A DNA stretch of 64,000 bases from Candidatus Kerfeldbacteria bacterium. Its GTDB lineage: Bacteria; Patescibacteriota; Patescibacteriia; UBA9570; XYC2-FULL-38-9. The DNA lies in NCBI GenBank assembly GCA_016182555.1, contig JACPGJ010000008.1, forward strand, positions 386,555 through 450,554, read 5' to 3'. The notes under the pieces were generated by a model that saw only the letters and a program-made list of their open reading frames with translations, was not told where the DNA came from and made no database searches. This document shows, one piece after another, positions 1 through 8,196 of this stretch. Positions within the stretch are counted from its first letter, which is position 1. Each line of letters starts with the position of its first letter. Both the position numbers and the translations under genes were made by a program.

Positions 1-729
1 CTCATTCCGGAAGAAGTCGGATTTCTGGTGAACGATTTACTCGTAGAACATTTTCCAAATATTGTTGATTACGATTTCACCGCAAAAATGGAAGCGGACT
101 TAGATGAAATTGCTGAAGGCAAAAAAGAATGGCAACCGTTGTTGAAAGAATTTTATGATCCGTTTAAAAAACACCTCATGGAAAAAGACAAAGAAATTTC
201 CAAAGAATCGTTAACGCAAGAAACCACCAACGAAATTTGTCCAAAATGTGGAAAGCCGATGATTATCAAAATGGGTCGTTTCGGCAAATTCTTGGCGTGC
301 AGCGCTTACCCTGAATGTAAAACAACTCGGCCACTCGGTGAAGATGGCAAAGCCGCACCCGAAGAAGTGATTGATGTGAAATGCGATAAGTGTGGAAAAC
401 CGATGGTGAAAAAACGTGGTCGTTTCGGCGAATTCCTGGGCTGCTCCGACTACCCCACCTGCAAAAATATTGTGAATATTGAAAAAAAAGTTGGTGTCAC
501 GTGTCCGAAGTGCAACGCTGGTGACATTATTGAAAAACGCTCACGCTACGGCAAAACATTTTACGCGTGTAACCAATATCCAAAATGTGAAAATGCGTAT
601 TGGTCAAAACCCAACGGAGAAACATGCCCAAACTGTAAATCGTTACTCTTGTACGGTGCGAAAAACACCATCCGTTGTTCCAATAAAGAATGTGGCTTCA
701 AAAAAGAACAAGAAGAAGTTGCAGAATAA
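1..729 (+). CDS. topA: DNA topoisomerase I, 3' part (gene starts before the window)
   Basis: Frame open from base 1 (LIPEEVGFLVND...). FPNIVDYDFTAKMEADLDEIAEG core followed by tandem C4 zinc ribbons (CPKCG..M..K.GRFG.FL.CS.YP.C). Confidence 0.95.
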   Translation, partial: LIPEEVGFLVNDLLVEHFPNIVDYDFTAKMEADLDEIAEGKKEWQPLLKEFYDPFKKHLMEKDKEISKESLTQETTNEICPKCGKPMIIKMGRFGKFLACSAYPECKTTRPLGEDGKAAPEEVIDVKCDKCGKPMVKKRGRFGEFLGCSDYPTCKNIVNIEKKVGVTCPKCNAGDIIEKRSRYGKTFYACNQYPKCENAYWSKPNGETCPNCKSLLLYGAKNTIRCSNKECGFKKEQEEVAE

Positions 730-831
730 TTCCGGAGAATAAAAACAAAGGTTCAGGATATCGATGAGTGGTTTCATTCATCGACAATAGCTGAATTTGT
801 CAAGGGTGTACAATGGAGGTACACTCAAGAT

Positions 832-2364
832 ATGCAAGAAGAGATTATTCGCACCATTGACGGTAGAACTATTGATGACTTGGTGGTGATTATGAAAAAA
901 CATAACCCACAAGCGGATTTAGATTTGATTGTCCGCGCATTTCATTTCACGAAGGACGCCCACGCTGGACAACAGCGCAAATCAGGTGAACCGTATATGA
1001 CGCATCCACTCGCCACAGCCATCATGCTCGCGGAACTTGGGCTCGACGAACAAACTATTGCCGCAGGCTTGCTGCACGATGTGCCCGAAGACACGCAACG
1101 AACATTGAAAGATATAAAAAAAATATTTGGGAAAGACATTGCGTTTTTGGTGGAAAGCGTCACAAAATTAGGTATGTTAAAATATCGCGGGGTCGACCGC
1201 TATATTGAAAATTTACGCCGCATGTTTATTGCCATGGCGAAAGACGTTCGTGTGATTCTGATTAAATTCGCTGATCGGATTAACAATTTGCAAACATTAG
1301 ATGCACTGCCACCAGAAAAACAGCATCGCATCGCCCTAGAGAGCATGGAAATTTATGCACCGATTGCCAACCGTCTAGGCATGGGGAACATGAAGGGACA
1401 ACTTGAAGATCTTTCTTTCCCATTTGTCTATCCGGAAGAATATAAATGGATGATGAAAAAAATTGGCCCACGTTTGAAAGAGAAAGAAGCATTCATGCAG
1501 CGTTTTATGACCTTTATCCGCAATGAATTCAATATCCATGACCTCAAAGTCGTTTCTGTTGACGGCAGAACGAAACATCTCTATTCTCTCTATAAAAAAT
1601 TATTAAAACATAATCGTGATCTTTCTGAAATTTATGATCTTGTTGCATTACGCATTATTGTCAATGATGTCGCAACGTGTTATGCGGCTCTCGGAGTGAT
1701 TCACAAAATATGCAAACCATTAAAAGGACGAATTAAAGATTATATTGCACAACCAAAACCAAACGGATACCAATCATTACATACAACTGTTTTTGCTCCC
1801 ACTCAATTTTTTCATGAAGAAGCCGTGTATGGTGAGATTATTGAAATACAAATCCGCACGCTCGATATGCACAAGGAAGCTGAATTTGGCATTGCGGCTC
1901 ACTGGCAATATAAAGAAGGACGGTTCATGCCAGAAAAAATGGGGCAAAAACTGCATTGGATGAATGAAATTGTTGAATTACAAAAACAGGTACAAGATGA
2001 AAAACAATTACTAGAAACGCTCAAAATTGATGTATTTCAAAATTATATTTTTGTCTTTACACCAAAAGGTGATGTGATCGAACTTCCGGAAGATTCTACG
2101 CCAGTCGATTTTGCCTACCGAGTCCACACCGATCTTGGAAACAAATGTGTGGGGGTAAAAATTAATGATCAAATCGCTAGTTTGCAAACTCGTTTGAAAA
2201 ATGGAGATGTCGTTGAAATTACGACGGACTCGCATCGTAAGGGCCCATCAGCTAGCTGGCTCGAATTTGTGAAAACAAACGCCGCTCGTAGTGCGATTCG
2301 TCAGTATTTAAATAAACAATCGCGTGGATTATTGGAAACATTTTCTCGCGCACGAAAAAACTAA
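832..2364 (+). CDS. rel: RelA/SpoT-family (p)ppGpp synthetase/hydrolase (HD + synthetase + TGS; no ACT domain seen)
   Basis: Motifs RKSGEPY..HP, LLHDVPED, KFADRINN, RIKDYIAQPKPNGYQSLHT, and TGS motif VFTPKGDVIELP..STPVDFAY.VHT. Confidence 0.95.
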   Translation: MQEEIIRTIDGRTIDDLVVIMKKHNPQADLDLIVRAFHFTKDAHAGQQRKSGEPYMTHPLATAIMLAELGLDEQTIAAGLLHDVPEDTQRTLKDIKKIFGKDIAFLVESVTKLGMLKYRGVDRYIENLRRMFIAMAKDVRVILIKFADRINNLQTLDALPPEKQHRIALESMEIYAPIANRLGMGNMKGQLEDLSFPFVYPEEYKWMMKKIGPRLKEKEAFMQRFMTFIRNEFNIHDLKVVSVDGRTKHLYSLYKKLLKHNRDLSEIYDLVALRIIVNDVATCYAALGVIHKICKPLKGRIKDYIAQPKPNGYQSLHTTVFAPTQFFHEEAVYGEIIEIQIRTLDMHKEAEFGIAAHWQYKEGRFMPEKMGQKLHWMNEIVELQKQVQDEKQLLETLKIDVFQNYIFVFTPKGDVIELPEDSTPVDFAYRVHTDLGNKCVGVKINDQIASLQTRLKNGDVVEITTDSHRKGPSASWLEFVKTNAARSAIRQYLNKQSRGLLETFSRARKN

Positions 2365-3287
2365 TTTTTCCGTAACAACTGTTTCATCACTCGCGTAAAA
2401 TCTTCTGACGAATGCGTTTCGATCATAATTTTTCGTACCCCCGAATTTTTGCTGGAAATTTTCACTTTGGTGCCGAGTGTCTTCTGCAATACATCTTCTG
2501 CCTGCTGCAATTCATAATTCATCACCGGTCGGCGTACTGGTTTTTTGCTAGTCGCTTGAACTGATTCCGATAGTTCTTTCACACTCATCGCCGCACCACT
2601 GGTCATACGTGCGTATACGGCCATCCGCTCTTCATTCGTTGGCAAACCGAGTAACACTTTTCCGTGACCTTCGGTAATTTTCCCCATAGCCAGACCAGTT
2701 TGAATTTCTGCAGGTAAATCAAGCAGACGAATAATATTGGCCAGCGTTGAACGCGCCATACCAATTTTTTTTGCTGCCTCTTCTTGCGTAAGACCAAATT
2801 CGTCTACCAACTTTGCCAGACTCACCGCTTTTTCCATCGGGTTCAAATCTTGACGTTGAATATTCTCAATTAACGCTAATTCCAATTTCTCTAATTCTGA
2901 GGTCGAACGAATAATCGCGGGAATAGTTTCTTTCTCCAACCGTTGAAAAGCACGGAAACGTCGCTCGCCAGCCACAATTTGCCAGCGTTGCGTTTTACCA
3001 CCAAGGGCATCTGCGGAATGCAATGGCGTTACCACGATGGGTTCCAGTAATCCGTATCGGCGGATAGATTCTGTGAGATCTTCCAAATTTTTCGGGTCGA
3101 AATGTTGGCGTGGCTGCAATGGATTCGGTTCAATGTGTGCAATCGGAATATCGACAACCGTGGTACTAGCAGAGCGTGGCATCTCTGAAGAAACTGGTGA
3201 CAATGTAAATACCGGTTGAGCCTGTGGTGCGCTCACCGGTTTTTGTGGTATGAGTGAACTTAATCCTCGTCCAAGTCCTGTTGCCAT
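2361..3287 (-). CDS. parB: ParB/Spo0J partition protein
   Basis: GLGRGL N-terminus, PNP.QPR, IVAGERRFRA, ALIENIQRQDLNPME and an HTH; lies directly after parA. Confidence 0.95.
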   Translation of the reverse strand: MATGLGRGLSSLIPQKPVSAPQAQPVFTLSPVSSEMPRSASTTVVDIPIAHIEPNPLQPRQHFDPKNLEDLTESIRRYGLLEPIVVTPLHSADALGGKTQRWQIVAGERRFRAFQRLEKETIPAIIRSTSELEKLELALIENIQRQDLNPMEKAVSLAKLVDEFGLTQEEAAKKIGMARSTLANIIRLLDLPAEIQTGLAMGKITEGHGKVLLGLPTNEERMAVYARMTSGAAMSVKELSESVQATSKKPVRRPVMNYELQQAEDVLQKTLGTKVKISSKNSGVRKIMIETHSSEDFTRVMKQLLRKN

Positions 3288-3295
3288 AAAAAAAT

Positions 3296-4117
3296 TTAAT
3301 TAATCTCTTCTTGATTGTTGATCTCATTGAGTGTAGTTCGTGGGTGTGGCCCCGTGGACGTGGTAGAGAGCACCTCTCGAGCCAGTTTACTATATGCTCG
3401 TGCTCCTTTGGAAAAACGGTCATACGCAGAAATCGGTTTCCCATGCGAAGGTGCTTCAGCCAAGCGCACATTACGCGGAATGACGGAACGAAATACACGG
3501 TTCGGAAAATATTTGTAAATATCGCGGAAGACCGCTTCAGACAATTTATTCCGTTTGTCATACATCGTTAACACTGCTCCAAGGAGGTGCAAATTCGGTT
3601 GTAAGTGCTGCTGCACTAATTCCACCGTGCGTAACAATTGTCCTAAACCTTCCAGGGCATAATACTCCGTTTGTACCGGTACCAAAATTTCATTGGCACC
3701 AACAATGCTGTTAATAGTGAGCAGCCCAAGCGAAGGCGGACAATCGATAAAAATAAAATCATAATGCGGTTCAACACTCGGAGTAGCATTGCGTAAACGA
3801 AACTCTCGTGCTTCCATTGGCACAAGTTCGACAGAGGCACCAGCCAAATCCACATTCGCTGGAGCAATGTGCAGGTTCTCCACAACGGTGGTGAGTAAAA
3901 TATCCGCAAGCGGCGTTTGATTCACCAACACGTCATACATCGTTTTTTCCACACGTTGAATATCAATCCCAACACCAGAACTCGCATTCCCCTGCGAATC
4001 CATATCAATTAAAAGCACACGTTGACCAAGAGCCGCGAGGCTGCTGGCCAGATTCACGGCAGTGGTCGTTTTCCCAACCCCACCTTTTTGATTCACGACC
4101 GCAATAATTCTTGCCAT
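3296..4117 (-). CDS. parA: ParA/Soj ATPase
   Basis: NQKGGVGKTT deviant Walker A, IDCPPSLG, VQTEYYALEG, IPRNVRLAEAPSHG. Confidence 0.97.
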   Translation of the reverse strand: MARIIAVVNQKGGVGKTTTAVNLASSLAALGQRVLLIDMDSQGNASSGVGIDIQRVEKTMYDVLVNQTPLADILLTTVVENLHIAPANVDLAGASVELVPMEAREFRLRNATPSVEPHYDFIFIDCPPSLGLLTINSIVGANEILVPVQTEYYALEGLGQLLRTVELVQQHLQPNLHLLGAVLTMYDKRNKLSEAVFRDIYKYFPNRVFRSVIPRNVRLAEAPSHGKPISAYDRFSKGARAYSKLAREVLSTTSTGPHPRTTLNEINNQEEIN

Positions 4118-4149
4118 ATAGTGTATAGTATACCAAAAAAACGCACGCG

Positions 4150-4178
4150 TTGACAGTGGAGACGTTTTCTTTTAGGAT
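4150..4178 (+). promoter_or_regulatory. sigma70-type promoter for tRNA-Leu
   Basis: TTGACA (4150-4155), 17 bp, TAGGAT (4173-4178); 9 nt before the tRNA. Confidence 0.75.
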
Positions 4179-4187
4179 AATAGTCAC

Positions 4188-4269
4188 GCCGGAGTGGCGG
4201 AACTGGCAGACGCACACGACTCAAGATCGTGCGGGGCAACCCATAAGAGTTCGATTCTCTTCTCCGGCA
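4188..4269 (+). tRNA. tRNA-Leu (CAA), CCA not encoded
   Basis: Acceptor GCCGGAG/CTCCGGC, anticodon arm CACGA-CTCAAGA-TCGTG, long variable arm GGG-GCAA-CCC, T-loop TTCGATT. Confidence 0.95.
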
Positions 4270-4283
4270 CATTTTTTTCTTCT

Positions 4284-4958
4284 ATGCCAAAAAAATCGCA
4301 CCCACACCAACGACTCACTCATTGTCGCGATGGGAAAATTCATTATGTTGATGTGCCACAAAAATTTGTTCGCACAATCGACCAACAGATCAATACCGCT
4401 ATTGCCCAGGCTGCAAAGTTATTTGAATATTCGTTTGATCCGCATATTATACTGTGCCACGATGAATATTCTATTATTCCGGAAACCGGCATTACTGGGC
4501 GCGCGGTCAATGCTCATCGTATCATGATCGAAATTGATTTTTCACGAACAGATATTGCCAGCATTATTTCTGAACAACTTCCTTCTACTCTCTATCACGA
4601 AACTTCTCACCTTGTTCGACAATATACCCATGGATTCAAATGGACTCTCCTAGACTGTCTTGTATCTGAAGGTATCGCAGGATACATTGAAAAGAGCACG
4701 CAGCCAGATATTTATGTTCCCTACATAGAACCAATGAAAAATGAAACGGCACTTATGAAAAAAGCACGGCGTGTGTTCAACAGCAAAAATTTTAATTACA
4801 ACGATTGGTTTTTTGGAGGAAATACAATTCCACGATGGGCAGGCTATCGGTTAGGGTATATTCTTGTTGAATCTTACATGAAAAAACACGACATCTCTAT
4901 TGCTAAACTGATTCGTCTTTCTTCAAAGAATTTTCTTCCAAAAAAAATAATCGTATGA
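4284..4958 (+). CDS. DUF2268-like putative Zn-dependent protease
   Basis: HETSH (HExxH), SEGIA third ligand and PRWAGY..GY tail. Start moved to ATG 4284 because the longer ORF call overlaps the tRNA. Confidence 0.75.
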   Translation: MPKKSHPHQRLTHCRDGKIHYVDVPQKFVRTIDQQINTAIAQAAKLFEYSFDPHIILCHDEYSIIPETGITGRAVNAHRIMIEIDFSRTDIASIISEQLPSTLYHETSHLVRQYTHGFKWTLLDCLVSEGIAGYIEKSTQPDIYVPYIEPMKNETALMKKARRVFNSKNFNYNDWFFGGNTIPRWAGYRLGYILVESYMKKHDISIAKLIRLSSKNFLPKKIIV

Positions 4959-5542
4959 ATCGAAAAATTATTTTAGCATCGCAATCACAAGCACGGAAGA
5001 AAATTTTTTCCTTGTTAAATATTCCATTTGCCGTTGTGCCAGCACATATTGATGAACAAGCTATTCGACATGATGACCCAGGCATGCAAGCCGAACTGAT
5101 TGCTAGAGCAAAAGCAGAAGCCGTGGCGAAAGAACACCCCAATGCGATTATTATTGCGGCAGACACATTCACCGTGTGTGATGGTATTATTCTCGAAAAA
5201 CCGCACGACACAAAAGAAGCGGCACAAATGTTGCGCTTGCAATCCGGAAAACCAGGCATGGCCTATTCCGGTTTTTGTTACATCGATGCCGTGAACAAGA
5301 TACAGTATTCCACAACTGTCGAAACTGCATTCACTTTTCGAGAACTACAAGAAGAAGAAATAGCGGTATATGTACGAAAATTCCCTGTAACTACGTGGTC
5401 TGCGGCGTATTCTCCAGCCACCGCGTACACCCTCACCATGATTGCGTCGATGAACGGTTCCGCCACCAGCTTCACCCATGGTTTACCAATGGAAGTGCTC
5501 ATTTCCCTCCTCCAAAAATCTGGGTTCAGCGCACACCCATAA
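4955..5542 (+). CDS. maf: Maf-family nucleoside triphosphate pyrophosphatase
   Basis: IILASQSQAR, IDE, A.AKAEAV, IIAADT, ILEKP and GLP motifs. Confidence 0.88.
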   Translation: MNRKIILASQSQARKKIFSLLNIPFAVVPAHIDEQAIRHDDPGMQAELIARAKAEAVAKEHPNAIIIAADTFTVCDGIILEKPHDTKEAAQMLRLQSGKPGMAYSGFCYIDAVNKIQYSTTVETAFTFRELQEEEIAVYVRKFPVTTWSAAYSPATAYTLTMIASMNGSATSFTHGLPMEVLISLLQKSGFSAHP

Positions 5543-6976
5543 CTACCGCGCTTCCACACCTAAATATAATCGAATTATTTTTTTCATACCGCCAGCGTGT
5601 TGTAACACCAACGTATGGTGACGCACACGAATATGCTTGAGTGTTGAATCTGCGCTATACTTTTTTTTAAAAAATCGTTGTTCTTTTTTACCAGTCACTG
5701 TTTGAATTTTTTTTGAACGTTCAAATAGACTCACGACATACCGATCTCCTGTTCGGGCCACCTTCACCAAAATTTTTCGCCCTTGAAAATGAACAATTTT
5801 TTTATACACTTTATGAATCACTTCCTGCTGTTGAGATTTACCTAACGGATTATACAATGATTCATCAATCGTTGCCGCGCCCAACTGCGCCAGTGCTTGA
5901 TTATAATATCGCCAATCCGCATCCGGATCTTTGGCACTAAATGCTTTTTCTGATGGATTATAGAATGAACGCAATTCATCGATAAACGCTTCCTTTATAG
6001 AAGCATCTTGGCTAGATCCTTGTACACCGGCTGCCCACATGGCAACAGAAAGTTCATTATGCCATTCAACCGCATTACCACTTAAATCATACATTTTAAT
6101 TCCCGTTACTCCGCTCACATCCAAAACAGTTGGAAATACCTTATCCAAATATTCTTGAGCGCGTGGCTCACTGTTCCACAAAGCGTCAATTCCTATACGC
6201 CACGGTATACGAATGGCGTCATAGGTCATATTATACGGCCGGCCCGTTGGTGTTGGGTCTCCATTCTCTGTGCACCAATCAGGAATAATTCCATTATATC
6301 GCTCTGCAACTCGCAATAATATTTCGTACTGTTTATCAATCACTCCTTGCCAATCATGATCGGTACTTTCATATTCATCAAACACGCGGTACCATGCTGG
6401 TGCAAAATAGGACAAATTCAATTCTTGTGGGCTACCAAAAACATCACCAGGATACAAATAATCATTCTCGGTCATGTAATCAAAAATATTGTTAATCAAC
6501 ACCTGCGCTTTGGCGCGATATGCGCTGTTTGCACTCCACACGCCGCTCTTCTGCAACTGGTCAGCCATAATCAACGCAAATGCGACATCTTCATCAGCAT
6601 CCGTGGCGGCATTCGTTCCCCACTTCGCACCGTCAGTGGCAATTTTCCAATCATACGAATGCCCATTCCACATCCATTTCTCTGTTGCGGCAAAAATTTT
6701 ATCGAATGTTGCTTGGTCTTTCTGTGTCGCCGCAAGAATCAACCCATACCCCGCCCCTTCACTCACGGCATAGTCACATGAATCATTTGAGGTGAGGTTA
6801 CATGAACCAGCATCAAACAATAACCCATAGGCTGGATACGACGTATACCCTTCTATATTATGCTGCGTAAATGTTTCCCATGCATCATGGCGTTCTTGCG
6901 AAAAATCTGCTGCGTAGGTACGCTGAGCAAACCCCACAGTAAATAGAGTTATTAGTGCAATGAGTATCTTAGACAT
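5543..6976 (-). CDS. Secreted glycoside hydrolase family 8 with basic C-terminal domain
   Basis: Signal peptide; AVSEGAGYGL, NAATDADEDVAFAL, NLSYFAPAWY and YDAIRIPWR are GH8 signatures. Confidence 0.85.
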   Translation of the reverse strand: MSKILIALITLFTVGFAQRTYAADFSQERHDAWETFTQHNIEGYTSYPAYGLLFDAGSCNLTSNDSCDYAVSEGAGYGLILAATQKDQATFDKIFAATEKWMWNGHSYDWKIATDGAKWGTNAATDADEDVAFALIMADQLQKSGVWSANSAYRAKAQVLINNIFDYMTENDYLYPGDVFGSPQELNLSYFAPAWYRVFDEYESTDHDWQGVIDKQYEILLRVAERYNGIIPDWCTENGDPTPTGRPYNMTYDAIRIPWRIGIDALWNSEPRAQEYLDKVFPTVLDVSGVTGIKMYDLSGNAVEWHNELSVAMWAAGVQGSSQDASIKEAFIDELRSFYNPSEKAFSAKDPDADWRYYNQALAQLGAATIDESLYNPLGKSQQQEVIHKVYKKIVHFQGRKILVKVARTGDRYVVSLFERSKKIQTVTGKKEQRFFKKKYSADSTLKHIRVRHHTLVLQHAGGMKKIIRLYLGVEAR

Positions 6977-7035
6977 ATATGTTTTTCATACCACGAACTT
7001 GAACATTGAGCAACCTGAACAATAACAGGCTATTT

Positions 7036-7102
7036 TGTGGATATAAATTATCCACAGACGATGTATGTAAGTATTGACAAATCGTCGCTCATCTACTAGG
7101 AT
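7036..7102 (+). promoter_or_regulatory. Inverted DnaA-box pair followed by sigma70 promoter
   Basis: TGTGGATAT (7036-7044), perfect TTATCCACA (7048-7056), then TTGACA (7074), 17 bp, TAGGAT (7097). Confidence 0.6.
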
Positions 7103-7344
7103 TTTTTCAACTTCGATTGGCTATATTGAAAATCGGAGTTTTTTGTTTCCAGGAGGAAGATTTCAATACGCACATGACAATAGAAAAAACCATGCGTTCA
7201 GCGAAAAGAATATTTTAAAAGTTGTATTCTCCTTGCTGAGCGCATGTTGCGCTCAAATCCTACCTATCGCCCGCACGGCGCGCTGATTTCCAGTGTGCCG
7301 TGGAAGAAAAAAAGAAAAGAAAGAAGGGAAAGAAGGGAAAGAAA

Positions 7345-7791
7345 ATGAAGAAACTTAGTTTGTTTGCGTTCGTTGTCGCCGCCGGCTTCATGACCGGCGT
7401 CTCGTCCTGCGACGTCGACAACGACAGCGACGGCTGGACCACTGAAGATGGCGACTGCGACGACAACAATCCGTCGATCCATCCGGGTGCCACCGAAGTG
7501 TGCGACGGGAAGGACGACGACTGCGATGGCCAGATCGATGAGGACGAAATAAATCCGGCCGTTGTCTATTACATAGATAGCGACCGCGATGGCAGTGGTG
7601 GAACCTCGTCCTTCTACTACTGCTCGGGAGCTTATCCCGAGTGCGCGGCTGTCAGTGATGATGCGTTGTGTGCATCGCTGCAGTCGGGTGACTGCGACGA
7701 TCGCAACGCCGCCGTGAACCCGGGCGCAACCGAGACCTGCAACAGCATCGATGACGACTGCGATGGTTCAATCGACGAGGCCTGCCTCTGA
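7345..7791 (+). CDS. Lipoprotein with two Cys/Asp-rich putative metal-binding (MopE-like) repeats
   Basis: MKKLSLFAFVVAAGFMTGVSSC lipoprotein-like leader; DCDD.N....PGATE.C...DDDCDG.IDE occurs twice; visibly GC-richer than its flanks. Confidence 0.8.
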   Translation: MKKLSLFAFVVAAGFMTGVSSCDVDNDSDGWTTEDGDCDDNNPSIHPGATEVCDGKDDDCDGQIDEDEINPAVVYYIDSDRDGSGGTSSFYYCSGAYPECAAVSDDALCASLQSGDCDDRNAAVNPGATETCNSIDDDCDGSIDEACL

Positions 7792-7865
7792 GCAGCCCAC
7801 AAACCGCCAAAACCACTGGCCATGCGAATAAAACCGCGTGATCAGTGACTGTTCTGGCGGGGACA

Positions 7866-7919
7866 AGGCTCAGACTCAGTACATCCACAAGGTGTATCGG
7901 GTCTGGGCTTCTTTTTTTT
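7866..7919 (+). terminator. Long-stem intrinsic terminator
   Basis: AGGCTCAGAC...GTCTGGGCTT stem followed by T8. Confidence 0.7.
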
Positions 7920-7949
7920 ATCCTACACAAATATTCATCCTCCTCCTAA

Positions 7950-8093
7950 GTAACTCCTCACTGACCCCAGTGTGATATTTTTGCATTAGCTAATATTAGC
8001 AAATTTTATTTTTAGCCCCTCTATAATTTCAAAATTGATGTCGCTAACATTAGCCATTCTTAAAATTATTTTAAAGGGTCAGTGAGCACTTAC
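7950..8093. mobile_element. 144-bp MITE with IS66-type ends
   Basis: 18-bp TIRs GTAACTCCTCACTGACCC / GTAAGTGCTCACTGACCC (2 mismatches), flanked by the 8-bp direct repeat CCTCCTAA (7942-7949, 8094-8101). GTAA termini plus an 8-bp TSD are IS66 hallmarks. Confidence 0.8.
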
Positions 8094-8104
8094 CCTCCTA
8101 AACC

Positions 8105-8133
8105 TTGCATCTTTTTTCAGTATCTGGTATCGT
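8105..8133 (+). promoter_or_regulatory. Putative promoter for initiator tRNA
   Basis: TTGCAT, 17 bp, TATCGT with a TG extended -10. Confidence 0.5.
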
Positions 8134-8196
8134 ATACTACGACTTCGACAGCGCCTCTAACCTGTGCATGATCCACTTTTCTTAAGGTTTATCATG

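Noticed and set aside
4194-4283. N-terminal extension of the 4194-4958 ORF
   Set aside because: It is read-through of tRNA-Leu; ATG 4284 is the plausible start.
7036-7056. oriC near parAB
   Set aside because: Only two DnaA boxes, no dnaA or dnaN in the window, and no recognisable unwinding element; GC skew was not computed.
7957-8086. Integron attC or REP/REPIN reading of the inverted repeat
   Set aside because: Extending the arms gives GTAA-starting 18-bp TIRs with an 8-bp TSD, which fits an IS66-type MITE; no RYYYAAC/GTTRRRY pair frames it.
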